DNA of 62,848 bases, filler included, from Octopus bimaculoides (GCF_001194135.2; 4 parts of 4 records of this genome joined end to end with filler, not necessarily neighbours in it); one strand, 5' to 3'; shown: positions 1 through 11,238, counted from the first letter of the whole stretch. Notes: generated from the letters alone by a model not told the origin. A program made the numbers and translations.

Positions 1-103
<103 letters not shown>

Positions 104-381
104 GTCTATATGGTTGTGTGTGTGTGCTCAACCTTGTATATATTAATGGACAGGTTTCAATGAATAAATAAATAAGATAAAGAAATCAATATTACATGTC
201 TGTGTGTCTGTATTTGTTTGAGCCTTCTGTAATTTAGAATAAGTATTGGGGTTCTCTTAAAGAAATTTGCCCTTCATGACACTGCCCCAGCATGGCCACT
301 ATCCAATTTTTTGAAGTAAGCAGAAGAAGAAAAGTATATCATCATCATTTAGCGTCCATTGCCCATGCTGGCATGGGTTGT

Positions 382-427
<46 letters not shown>

Positions 428-679
428 AACAGCCCTTCAAATAAGTGGTTAGGCAGATTAGCAACTCTTTCATTAATAAAAGACATCAAACTCTGTAGTA
501 CCTTGGTAATATCTTCGTAACTGATGCCAATATAATATCCCTGAGGATAGAATGATCACATTTTCAATATGAATTAAGGATTAGGGAGTCTTGTCCATCA
601 TCATCAACCCTCTTCATTAAGAATCTGCCTCATCATTATCGTCATTATCTGATTGTTTTTTTTTTTTTCCATTCTAAAG

Positions 680-781
680 GACATGAGGAATTTGAGATTT
701 GCCCACAAACAGGAAAACCATTCTCGCAGACAAGTCTTTGAGAAGATTCAACTATATGCTTTTCCAATTACCAACAAATTT
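680..781 (+). CDS. MTMR2: Myotubularin exon (first visible; end of PH-GRAM region)
   Basis: ttccattctaaAG acceptor, GTGAGT donor, 102 nt, phase 0/0. [34 protein letters not shown] matches MTMR2 [34 protein letters not shown] from memory. Gene continues 5' outside the window. Confidence 0.9.
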
Positions 782-1451
782 GTGAGTAGAGACATATCTT
801 TTCTTTCTTTATTTCATATTGTTGTTTTTGTCATTGTTGTTGTTGTAACTGTCTTCCAAGATGTGTTGACCCTTTAGTATTTAAAGTAGTAATTATATAA
901 TGAAAGAACCATAGACATTCAGTCATAACCCTGGTGANNNNNNNNNNNNNNNNNNNNNNNNNNNNNNNNNNNNNNNNNNNNNNNNNNNNNNNNNNNNNNN
1001 NNNNNNNNNNNNNNNNNNNNNNNNNNNNNNNNNNNNNNNNNNNNNNNNNNNNNNNNNNNNNNNNNNNNNNNNNNNNNNNNNNNNNNNNNNNNNNNNNNNN
1101 NNNNNNNNNNNNNNNNNNNNNNNNNNNNNNNNNNNNNNNNNNNNNNNNNNNNNNNNNNNNNNNNNNNNNNNNNNNNNNNNNNNNNNNNNNNNNNNNNNNN
1201 NNNNNNNNNNNNNNNNNNNNNNNNNNNNNNNNNNNNNNNNNNNNNNNNNNNNNNNNNNNNNNNNNNNNNNNNNNNNNNNNNNNNNNNNNNNNNNNNNNNN
1301 NNNNNNNNNNNNNNNNNNNNNNNNNNNNNNNNNNNNNNNNNNNNNNNNNNNNNNNNNNNNNNNNNNNNNNNNNNNNNNNNNNNNNNNNNNNNNNNNNNNN
1401 NNNNNNNNNNNNNNNNNNNNNNNNNNNNNNNNNNNNNNNNNNNNNNNNNNN

Positions 1452-1510
<59 letters not shown>

Positions 1511-1632
1511 TAAATGTATCTTCGGAGGCGTGGGTTCGTATCCTACCGCTGCCACAATAAAATTTGTCCAACCCATGCCAGCATGGAAAGTGGACGTTAA
1601 ACGATGATGATGTATTTGTGTTTCCTTTACAG

Positions 1633-1704
1633 GGGATACCGAACACTTGGCGAATCAGCCGTGTTAATGAAAACTATGAGCTGTGTGATACATACCCAAG
1701 TTTG
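1633..1704 (+). CDS. MTMR2: Myotubularin exon
   Basis: tttcctttacAG / GTAAGT, 72 nt, GIPNTWRISRVNENYELCDTYPSL. Confidence 0.95.
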
Positions 1705-2101
1705 GTAAGTATGTTGCTTTTATTTCTTTGTCTGTTTCCATTACCTCTCTCTCTCTCGGAACAGGTGGTCCATATGAGCTTGACCTCTATCCTCTGACCT
1801 GTCCAGCACAGGTGGTAGGTCCCTGCCAGGAGCTTTTGCTCTGCTTGCATAATAGGCATAAGAGTCATTGAGGCATACAAACCACCACAGCATGACAGTG
1901 ACTGCACCATGTGGTGGGCAGAAAGGCTTTACACTACAAGTATTTTGATGTCTGAATGATGGCACTCTCTTGTTGAAAAAATGTAATAAAATGAAACAGC
2001 CTTTAGTGGGATTTGAACACCTAATCCCATGAACTCTTCTGTTCAGTATTTTCTCCACCTTTACATTATTTCATCCATCATTGTTGACAATGACCAAGGA
2101 C

Positions 2102-2600
2102 ATCACATGGCAGGGAGACGACAAGGCAGGGTGTGACTGACTGTGGCCAATCACATGGCAGGGAGACGACAAGGCAGGNNNNNNNNNNGCAGGGTGTGAC
2201 TGACTGTGGCCAATCACATGGCAGGGAGACGACAAGGCAGGGTGTGACTGACTGTGGCCAATCAGTGTGGGAGGCTCTGCTGCAGGTTGGGCATTTGTGG
2301 TCCCTTGGGGCTGAAGGCGAGGTGTTGGCTCTGGACTTATTTCATGTCTTCTTTGTGCCCCTGCAATCCTGTTCTATTCATGGCTTCTCTGTTGATGCTG
2401 CTTCACCAGGCAGGGAAGTCTTCTGCTTGCATTTCCCAGGTTTCAGGGTTGATCTCTCTGCTCTTCAGTGTAGCTTGGAGTGTGTCCATGAAGTGCTTCT
2501 TCTGCCTACCTGGCATGCACTTGCCTTCTGCCAGTTTGCTGTGAATCAGGCTCTTGGGGAGTTGCATATCAGGCATTCAACTGAGGTCATTTTATAGTAA
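2102..2600 (-). mobile_element. RTE-clade LINE 3' fragment ending in about three copies of a 48-bp tandem repeat
   Basis: Minus strand reads MPDMQLPKSLIHSKLAEGKCMPGRQKKHFMDTLQATLKSREINPETWE and then, after a frameshift, CPTCSR (C2H2 finger remnant). 48-bp unit atcacatggcagggagacgacaaggcagggtgtgactgactgtggcca. Confidence 0.75.
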
Positions 2601-2956
2601 AGATCATTTGCCAACATAACATGGCAGTCCTGGTTTAGGATGAATGTTGCTGTAATTTAGCCCCAGGAGACATCGTCTCCAGCTGGTTATATGACACGAT
2701 CTGTGTCTTTATATTTTCAAACAAGGGAATCTAGCACCCCGACCCCTCAGCTCAAGACAATATCTGTGTATTGCGATTTCCAGCTTATTTCTCTTCATCA
2801 GCACAGAATAATTGTTCAGACTGCCATGTTATGTTGGCAAACAATCTTTACTACAAAGTACTATTGCTGAATATCTCACGTTGTGAGATTAAAAAAAAAA
2901 TAGTAATTTTCTAGGTCATTTTCTTTCTTCTAGCCATCTCTTTCTTCTTATTTCAG

Positions 2957-3031
2957 CTGGTTGTTCCTAAAACGGCTTCCGATGAGTATTTGCGTCATGT
3001 TGCTGGATTCCGTAGCAGAGGACGTCTTCCA
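2957..3031 (+). CDS. MTMR2: Myotubularin exon
   Basis: ttcttatttcAG / GTAAGT, 75 nt, LVVPKTASDEYLRHVAGFRSRGRLP. Confidence 0.95.
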
Positions 3032-3208
3032 GTAAGTTTTTTTTTTGTATTTCTATTCTGTTTTGTTATTTTGTTTATCGAACGAATCACCATATTTACT
3101 AGAATATGACTTTTTTTTATTTTAATCTTTTTAAAACAAATGTAACCCTACTCTAACCGTCTCAATTCATCATTAGCATACAGAGTACATATCCTGACAC
3201 AGAGCTGC

Positions 3209-3507
3209 TCCTCCTCTTCTTCACCCTCTTCATCTTCCTCCTCTTCATCTTCCTCCTCTTCATCTTCCTCCTCTTCATCTTCCTCCTCTTCATCTTCCTC
3301 CTCTTCATCTTCCTCCTCTTCATCTTCCTCCTCTTCNNNNNNNNNNNNNNNNNNNNNNNNNNNNNNNNNNNNNNNNNNNNNNNNNCCTCCTCTTCATCTT
3401 CCTCCTCTTCATCTTCCTCCTCTTCATCTTCCTCCTCTTCATCTTCCTCCTCTTCATCTTCCTCCTCTTCATCTTCCTCCTCTTCATCTTCCTCCTCTTC
3501 ATCTTCC
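3209..3507. repeat. 15-bp pyrimidine-rich minisatellite (CTTCCTCCTCTTCAT)n with an internal gap
   Basis: Direct inspection; lies in a myotubularin intron. Confidence 0.95.
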
Positions 3508-4322
3508 CCTCTATCCCCCCACTGTCACCATCACCCTTGTCATTGTCTTAACATCTATTTTATTCATGCTTGCATGGATTAGACAAAAGAAAGTCTGGGC
3601 AGACTTCCCTTTCTGCTGCCAACCCCTGCCTATTCCCAAATGAAATAATAACCTCCCACTGTCCATTCAACGACAAACAGCCTGGACATTGCTATGCAGA
3701 GAAACGGAAACAAACCACACCATATGATTGAGCCTTTTGTTTACAAATGTTGCACAATGTGCTGAGGAAGGTCAAGAGCCTGGACACACTTTTGCAGTGG
3801 ACTGCAAGTAAATGGCAAGCAGATGTCTGCGTGAACAGGGAGGCTGTTGTTTAGCACCAGCAAATACACACGAAGACCTGGGAAAATATGAATCTACATA
3901 AATATACAAATGCATACAGACACACACACATGAGTTCACTGTATGGGACTTATTCATTTTGGAAAAAAACACGCCATGGTTTGAAGTCCCCTAGTGCAAA
4001 ACTAATTTTCCGTTTGATTTTTCATGTTATGAAGTAATCATGTGTGTCCCAATGGGTATTTTCAAATAAACGACACCCAAAAACAAAAAAGAAAAGAAAG
4101 AGAAAAAAGGAAGTCAACTATTTTTGTGCATAAAAATAATTTTTAAACACAGATTGTACCATATGTGTGCATAAAATCATTTTAAGTGAAATATATTTGG
4201 GAATAAATTGCAGTAATATAATAGGGTAGATTCTTAGCTCAAAAGGAGTGGATAATTGTCTGAGGTGTGTTGTTAAAATGAGAGTTAGTAGGAGAATGAG
4301 GGACTCTATCTTCTATATTAAG

Positions 4323-4353
<31 letters not shown>

Positions 4354-4407
4354 TACTTCATCGTTTATCCTAACCTATTAGAGTATTTCTGTGTCTGTTT
4401 TTCACAG

Positions 4408-4596
4408 GTGATGTCATGGATCCACCCAGAGTCGCAGGCGACCATCACTCGTTCCAGCCAACCTTTGGTCGGAGTCACTGGCAAGAGGAATAAAGAAGAT
4501 GAACAATACATTCAGATGATTATGGATGCAAATGCCCAGTCGCACAAACTGTTCATCATGGATGCTCGACCCAGTGCAAATGCCATGGCCAACAAG
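4408..4596 (+). CDS. MTMR2: Myotubularin exon
   Basis: ttttcacAG / GTCAGT, 189 nt, [22 protein letters not shown]...[12 protein letters not shown]. Confidence 0.97.
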
Positions 4597-4853
4597 GTCA
4601 GTTACTCTCTTTACACATTCATGCTCGTTCTAGCCTTCTCTCTTTCTCTCTTCCTCTCTTTTAAATGAAATTCTGTGGTTTAGAAGGGTGTGTATATAGC
4701 AATAGATTGTTATCTTACAAGTATACAAATAAAAATAGGAAATAAAAGATAGGAAAAAAAATAAAGTAATATATTTTATTTTTTATATTAGTTTTTTGCC
4801 AGATGGCAAAGAAAACAGAAAGTAGTAATGCTGTCTTTTATGATATTTTTCAG

Positions 4854-4945
4854 GCTAAAGGAGGGGGGTATGAGAACGAGGATGCTTATCACAATGCTGA
4901 GCTGATTTTTTTTGATATTCCTAACATCCATGTGATGAGAGAGAG
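4854..4945 (+). CDS. MTMR2: Myotubularin exon
   Basis: tttttcAG / GTAAAT, 92 nt, phase 0/2, [30 protein letters not shown](S). Confidence 0.97.
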
Positions 4946-5286
4946 GTAAATATGACTTGTTTTTTTTTTACTTTTCATGCGTACACCTATATTCACACAT
5001 TATAACACATAGACACATAGGCAAACACACAGACAGACACACAAGCCCGATAATATACATATTTGCCCTCCTCCCACTTGCTCCAGGTCTTAATACTGTC
5101 TTCCAAACATCAACATGTTTCGGATATCTTGCATAATGACACATAATGGTTTTTTTTACTGTATACGAGTCAAAAAATCGGTCAGTTGACTTCTAAATAA
5201 ACCAAGACAATTTTGGAGGACCAAAAATTCTATGTGAACTACTGCAGGAAAGACAACAATAATGTTTGAATGTTTGCACATGTATC

Positions 5287-5475
5287 AGGACAATTACCCT
5301 TCTAGGACAATTCCCCCTGATGACAACTACCCCCTAGGACAATTATCCCCCTTGGTTAATTACTCCCTCTCCAATATATTAAAAAGTTTTAAATCATCAT
5401 CTGTTGTCCTCAGGGGTAATTGTCCTTGGGGTCGGGGTAGAGGTATTGTCCGTGGGGTGGTGGGGTAAATGTCCT
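5287..5475. mobile_element. Small foldback/MITE-like element of inverted GGACAATT(A/C)CCCC arrays
   Basis: About four direct copies at 5288-5350 and about four inverted copies at 5404-5475. Confidence 0.55.
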
Positions 5476-5689
5476 AGACTCATTTACACAACATATATAC
5501 TATATAATATGTTGGCTTATATGCCATAAAATATATTATACCACAATGTCCACAGTACTGTGTTCAACCATCAACATGTTACAATGGTCAGCTGCTTATG
5601 TCCAGTCATGACATACTCGTTATTGTAATGTCTACAAAACTGATTCCTTGATATGAAGATAAACATTCTGTTTCTCTTTCTTTTTTCAG

Positions 5690-5783
5690 TTTAAGAAAGT
5701 TAAAAGATGTGTGTTTCCCCAACATCAATGAAACTCACTGGTTGTCCAATATTGAGTCGACACGCTGGCTGGACCACATCAAG
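5690..5783 (+). CDS. MTMR2: Myotubularin exon
   Basis: ttttttcAG / GTGAGT, 94 nt, phase 2/0, (S)[31 protein letters not shown]. Confidence 0.96.
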
Positions 5784-6514
5784 GTGAGTGAACAAACAGA
5801 CTCCAAGTTCAAATTTCACCATATGTCATTGTAACAATGTTTTTTTTTTCTTTTGTAATCTCATGTGGAGGTTCATCATAAAAGAAAAAGTAAGATGTAA
5901 GATACAAAGTCAAGCAACTTTATGTGGTTCTCTCATGGACATGGTATCAAGTTTGATTACACCTGGCTAAAGTGGTGTATTGGCCGAGTCACTAAAGTGT
6001 TGGATCGATGACTTGTAGTATTTGTTCTGGATTGCTGTACTCTGAGTTCAATTCCTGCCCAAGTCAAATTTACCTTTCATCCTTTTGAAGGTCAATAAAA
6101 AACGGTACAAATCCAGGACAGTGGATTAAGGAAACTGTCTGAGAGTTGGGTGAGGTACCTTGTGGAATTTGTTCAGGGCCTTTGCATTCTGACAGCAACA
6201 CCTGAAATGACACAAGTGCAAAATGCTATCAGCCTCAGCCAGTGGCATGAAGTGTAGAAACTTACCTGCATAGACCAACTGCTGGTCTTTCTAGAAGTCC
6301 TACATGTTAATTTGATTGAAAAATAAAAAAAGAATTCATATCAATTATCTATAGAGATTGTTGTGCAGCCCTCTGGCTTGTCACTCATCAGTCAAACCCT
6401 CTGACCCATGCCAGCATGGAAAGCGAATGTGAAACGATAATGATGATGATGATGATGATGATTGTTATTCAAATGATCAAATTCCTGTTATTATTTTTTT
6501 CTTCTTGATTACAG

Positions 6515-6613
6515 CAAATCTTAGCTGGTGCTGTTCGTATTGCTGACAAAGTGGAATATTACAAGACTTCTGTATTAGTTCATTGCAGCGATGGTTGGGA
6601 CCGAACTGCTCAG
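6515..6613 (+). CDS. MTMR2: Myotubularin catalytic exon (CX5R P-loop)
   Basis: ttgattacAG / GTAATT, 99 nt, [33 protein letters not shown]; HCSDGWDRT is the signature of active myotubularins. Confidence 0.98.
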
Positions 6614-6794
6614 GTAATTTATAAATAATTATTTATGAATTTATATTTTCAGTTGGTTGTTGTTGTTGTTGTTTTAGCCTAGTCCAGCCCTGACCAAGCA
6701 GACTTATAATCAAAGGTGTTGTTCCCATTACACGCTTGTTCATTTTTGTGATTTTCAGGAATACTATAAGACTACATTATCCAATGTTTTCTTT

Positions 6795-7110
6795 CAGTGA
6801 AGGTGTGTTGCTTCGTGGTCAGGGTATTAGGATCACGGTTTTAAGGTTATGTGTTCAATTCCTGGCAGTGTGTTGTGTCCTTGAGTGAGACACTTTATTT
6901 CATGTCGCTCCAGTTCACACAACTTGCAGAAATGAGTAGTGCTTATATTTCAAAGGGCCAACCTTGTAACATTGTGTGTCACTGAGAACTACATTAAAGG
7001 TACATGTGTCTGTGGAGCGCTCAGCCACTTGTAGGTTAATTTCTTGAGGAGTCTGTTCCATTGATCGGATCAACTGGAAACCTCATCATCCTAACCAATG
7101 GCATGCCAGT
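6795..7110 (+). mobile_element. tRNA-headed SINE, family with GTGTCCTTGAGCAAGACACTT-type core
   Basis: A/B-box-like head plus core. The 3' half is shared with a minus copy at about 36640-37015; another copy is at about 58675-58910. Confidence 0.65.
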
Positions 7111-7381
7111 TAATGCTTTCTTCCTTTTTTTTTCTCTAAGAGAGGAAGATATCATTTAAAAGAGATTTGGTTCTTATGTTTAGCTGATCAAGAAATTAAT
7201 AGAGGTACCTAATGTTGATGTTGATGTTGGGGAGCCCCAATCTTTGACTTGACCTATAGTAGAGATAACCAGTCAAAGCGAGTCCTAGAACTGTGCAAGA
7301 GACAATCATGTTATTTATTTGATTCTTACCATAATATTTCTAATTGTTTGATATTCATGAGATTTTCAATTTAATCCACAG

Positions 7382-7489
7382 CTCACCTCTCTTGCAATGA
7401 TCATGCTGGATCCATATTATCGAACTGTGAAGGGGTTTGAAATCCTAATAGAAAAAGAGTGGCTCAGTTTTGGACATAAGTTCGCTCAA
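7382..7489 (+). CDS. MTMR2: Myotubularin exon
   Basis: aatccacAG / GTAAGT, 108 nt, [36 protein letters not shown]. Confidence 0.97.
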
Positions 7490-8044
7490 GTAAGTAAAGT
7501 GGAGAAAAGATGTTTGATGACATATCAAAATTAACTTTTTTGTTTTCAATTACCAGAAAATATTATTACTGAGGACAACGGTAACTTGAAGTTTGCAGGG
7601 AATTTTAAAATTGAGTCAAATAGTGAAATATTACTCAGACACGTAGATATTTCTATGAAGAAAGTGTCAAGTACTTTGAAGAAAATCAGAGCAAAATCTC
7701 GAACATTTATGAAGCTGTTTCATTGTATTTAGGTCTCAATTCTTACAACTTCCTCGTCAAGTTCAGATTTATATTTGTGTTATTTTATATCAGTCTTGAT
7801 AGTGAACACCTAGTTAAATGGATCTTATCTTCAAACCCATATATCTTGGATTACATTATCAATGTGTTCTTTTCTTTTAACTCAAAAAATTTGGAGCAGT
7901 TTTAGCTGCTATTTCTTGTATGCTGAAAATCACCATTTATGCGTCCTTATTGCATCCCTCTTTAAGCGCTATATAATTGTAGTTGCCTGCGTATAACTTA
8001 AAACAGGTTCATACATAAAATTATAATTGGGTGTTCTAGTTTAA

Positions 8045-8254
8045 CCCTTTAGCACTTAATCCGGCCTAAATATTCAGTCTATTTTATGTTAAAATAGACC
8101 ATATCCAACTTCTCACACCTACCCTACAATGTCATTCTAAAAATAAACAATCACATCATCAAAACCTCAAAGACATAAGATAGTCCCCGATTAATTCCAA
8201 ACAATGTGAATAAATAAGGATTACATTGGACAGAGTAACCTGAATGCAAAAGGG
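8045..8254. mobile_element. piggyBac-like MITE (210 bp)
   Basis: TTAA on both sides (8041-8044, 8255-8258) and CCCTTT(A/T)GCA terminal inverted repeats. A partial copy is at 10273-10388 and an interrupted copy at 55857-56240. Confidence 0.75.
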
Positions 8255-8419
8255 TTAAATATGGCCGATTAGGGAATGGCTTGATTTGTATTATAGAAGC
8301 AGATGTGGTCTCAGATATGTTGTTGTGAAACAATTTAGTCATGTTTAAGATTGAGTTAAAGTTTTAATCAAATACACATCGTTATAGGCTGAAATTCCAA
8401 TTTTCAATTTTTCTTGCAG

Positions 8420-8512
8420 AGAATCGGGCATGGTGAAGACAAACACTCAGATGCGGACCGTTCTCCTGTATTTTTGCAGTTTATTGACTGTGTGTGGCAA
8501 ATGGCCAATCAG
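8420..8512 (+). CDS. MTMR2: Myotubularin exon
   Basis: ttttcttgcAG / GTAATT, 93 nt, [31 protein letters not shown]. Confidence 0.97.
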
Positions 8513-9079
8513 GTAATTAATCTTAAAATCTGGACAATGGACACGAATTAAAATAAGAACAGTAATAAATGAGTGAAGAACGAATATACGGTGCATGTGT
8601 TTATTTGGCAAAAAAAAAAAAAAAATTACCATCCTGAAGTATAACAAAGTCTTAAAATCACTGTTCTTTAATTAATGATATGATGCAAAGAACATTAGAG
8701 TGAAATGGTTATAGATAATCACCTTCACTAATTTGGTTTGTGGGTGATTTGATCATCATATTGTGATTAAAGGGATGATAAAATACTGTACAGATTACAA
8801 GGTTAAATGTATTGAGACTTAAGAGAACTGATTAAAACTGATGTCCTGGGGTTGACTCCTTGTTGCCTTTTTAGTTCTGTGGCAGCAGCAACAGATGATT
8901 ATTTCCTGCTAGCAATATAAACACGAGTGCTTATATGCACCACAAGTCCACTTTAGAGGTTCTCTTATGTTAAATAATGCAGTATTCTGTGTTCCAACTC
9001 AACATCCACTTTTAAGTGGGGATAAAAATTACCTTTTGTATTTAATTGTTATTTTAAATACAAAAAACACATAAAAAGC

Positions 9080-9395
9080 ACCGTTCGAGCATTGCGCCTC
9101 ATGGAGACAGTGACAGGTGACCAAGACCTTTGGTGATACACTGTACATGTGTTGACCTGTCAAGCCAAGTGAGATTGTAATCGTGGCATGTAAAAAGCAC
9201 CAATTACACTCTCAGAGTGGTTGGCATTAGGAAGGGCATCCAGCTGTAGAAACCTTGCCAGATCAAATTGGAACCCAGTGCAGTCCCCCACCCCAGCTTA
9301 CCAGTTTTCAGCCAAACCATCCAACCCATGCTAGCATGGGAACCAGATGTTAAACAACGACGACGACGACGATGATGATGATGATGATGATGATG
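9080..9395 (+). mobile_element. RTE-type 3'-end element (short LINE remnant or RTE-tailed SINE) with (GAT)n tail
   Basis: Recurrent motif gagtggttggcattaggaagggcatccagctgtagaaac...caacccatgccagcatgg...gttaaacgatgatgat. Further copies at about 1510-1612, 6370-6462, 14560-14915, 15750-15900, 22370-22435, 22800-23003, 23440-23760, 24900-25100, 25450-25640, 30440-30605, 55955-56146, 60160-60611 and 61245-61383. Confidence 0.8.
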
Positions 9396-9431
9396 ATTGC
9401 CATTAATACTTCTCTTTTTGTTTGATTTCAG

Positions 9432-9545
9432 TTTCCAATTGCTTTTGAATTCAACGAATACTTTTTGATTACCATCATGGACCATCTGTATTCATGCCTC
9501 TTTGGAACATTCTTGTACAATTCTGAACAACAACGAGTTAAAGAG
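9432..9545 (+). CDS. MTMR2: Myotubularin exon (SID region)
   Basis: tttgatttcAG / GTACAA, 114 nt, [38 protein letters not shown]. Confidence 0.97.
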
Positions 9546-10010
9546 GTACAATATTCAGTTATTATTTCTCCTTGACCTCCCCCACCCTCCAACCTATTTC
9601 TGCTGCTTTCTCATTTTCTTTGTTACTCTCTCATCCCAAACTCCCAGACTTTCGTATCATTCACCTCTCTGCTGTCGCTCTGTCTGCTTTTTATTACGAT
9701 GCCTCTGTTAGAAGTGATGGAAAACCATTCAATCTGTCTGTATTCCATTACTGTTTCTTTATTGCTAGCTATCACTCTTTCTCTCTCTCTCTCTCTCTTC
9801 CTTTCTCTCTCTCCTTTCTCTCTCTCCTTTCTTTCCCTCTGCCTCTATTTCATTNNNNNNNNNNNNNNNNNNNNNNNTCTCTGATTGTTCTCTCTTACTG
9901 ACAGTTTCTGTGGAAATATTCAAAGAACACAAATTTATAGAATTCCATATTTACACTCTCTCCTCACTCGCTGATTCCTTCTAATTTTCTTTTTCTATTA
10001 TTGTATTAAG

Positions 10011-10190
10011 GAACTGAAGACAAAAACCCATTCCCTGTGGGGTTACATCAACAGCAGCGTAGAGGATTATCTTAATCCTCTCTATGCCACTTACCTAGAC
10101 CAACATGTCTTACTACCAGTTGCCAGTATGAGGCAGTTAGAACTTTGGATTGGATATTACTGCCGATGGAACCCATGCCTAAGGCCACAG
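10011..10190 (+). CDS. MTMR2: Myotubularin exon
   Basis: ttgtattaAG / GTACTT, 180 nt, [25 protein letters not shown]...[18 protein letters not shown]. Confidence 0.96.
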
Positions 10191-10394
10191 GTACTTGCTT
10201 TGTTGTTCTTAATATTCTTGTAGTTCTTTTGTAAATTTGTTTACCATATTTTTTTTTGGTGGGGGTATTTAACCCTTTCGCATTTAAACCAACCATGTCT
10301 GGCTCAAATATTCTCTGTTTTATGTTCAAACTGACCAGATCTGGCCTCTCACACCTATCCTACAATGTAATTCTAAAGATAAACAATGAGCTGC

Positions 10395-10718
10395 AGGTGT
10401 GGCTGTGTGGTAAGAAGTTTGCTTCCCAACCACATGGCTCTGGCTTCAGTCACACTGCATGGCACCTTGGGCAAGTGTCTTCAGCTATAGCCTCGAGCTG
10501 ACTGAAGCTTGTGAGTGGATTTGGCAAACGGAAACTGAAAGAAACTTGTCATGTATACATGTGTGTGAGTGTGTGTGTTTGTTAGTTCCCCACCACCACT
10601 TGACAACCGGTGCTGGTGTGTTTATGTCCCTGTAACTTAGTGGCTCGGCAGAAGAGGCCAATAAAATAAGAACCAAACTTAAACAGAAAAAAATGTACTG
10701 AGGTTGATTTATTCAACT
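10395..10718 (+). mobile_element. tRNA-derived composite SINE (GGCTGTGTGGTAAGAAGCTTGCTTCCCAACC family)
   Basis: A/B boxes, central GCACCTTGGGCAAGTGTCTT, internal microsatellite and a second module. Further copies at about 24290-24510, 26085-26240, 43425-43527, 48184-48410, 50905-51270, 51470-51690, 51925-52050, 53325-53480, 53680-53825, 56540-56850 and 59570-59790. Confidence 0.8.
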
Positions 10719-10975
10719 ATCAGTCTCTTTTTGCTGAACCACTAGGTCATAGGGTTGTAAACAAACCAACACCAGTTGTCAGGTGGTAGTGTGGATACAC
10801 ATAATACACACACACACACACACAACACACAATTGGCTTCTTTCAGTTTCCGTCTACCAAATCCACTCATGAGCCTTTGGTCAGCCAGAGGCTATAATAG
10901 AAGACACTTGCTCAAGGTGCCACACAGTGAGACTGAACCTGGAACCATTTGGTTGGGAAGCAAGCTTCTTACCAT
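10719..10975 (-). mobile_element. Inverted copy of the same SINE family
   Basis: Reverse complement aligns with 10405-10662. Confidence 0.8.
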
Positions 10976-11040
10976 ATGGCCAGTTGTGAAAATTATTATT
11001 TTTTTAATCTTTTTCTTTTCCCCCCCCATTTCTCTTTTAG

Positions 11041-11238
11041 GAACCAATCCACCTCCGGAATAATGTGTTGCTGAAGCTGAAGAACCATTTGCAGAAGGAG
11101 TATGAAAGTCTGATGAAAGAACAAGAAAGCAGGAATGCCCGTGGCACAAGCAGTAGCAGCAGCAGCCAGGCTGTGAATTCTACAGCTTCAATGTCTTCAA
11201 GTTCAGCTCAGAGGGTAGCGTCTCCCGTTAGCACCTGA
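11041..11238 (+). CDS. MTMR2: Myotubularin terminal coding exon (coiled coil plus Ser-rich tail)
   Basis: tttctcttttAG acceptor, 198 nt to TGA, EPIHLRNNVLLKLKNHLQKEYESLMKEQESRNARGTSSSSSSQ...RVASPVST*. Confidence 0.93.
   Translation, partial: EPIHLRNNVLLKLKNHLQKEYESLMKEQESRNARGTSSSSSSQAVNSTASMSSSSAQRVASPVST

Noticed and set aside
831-1646. ORFs made mostly of X (also 32.5-33.3, 41.0-41.8, 49.1-49.5 and 57.8-58.4 kb)
   Set aside because: Open only because of N gaps.
3320-3502. (KRRKM)n protamine-like basic ORF
   Set aside because: Translation of an intronic 15-bp minisatellite, antisense to the myotubularin gene, with no gene structure.
10395-10470. tRNA-like A/B boxes in many places
   Set aside because: These are SINE heads; I saw no complete cloverleaf, so no tRNA gene is called.
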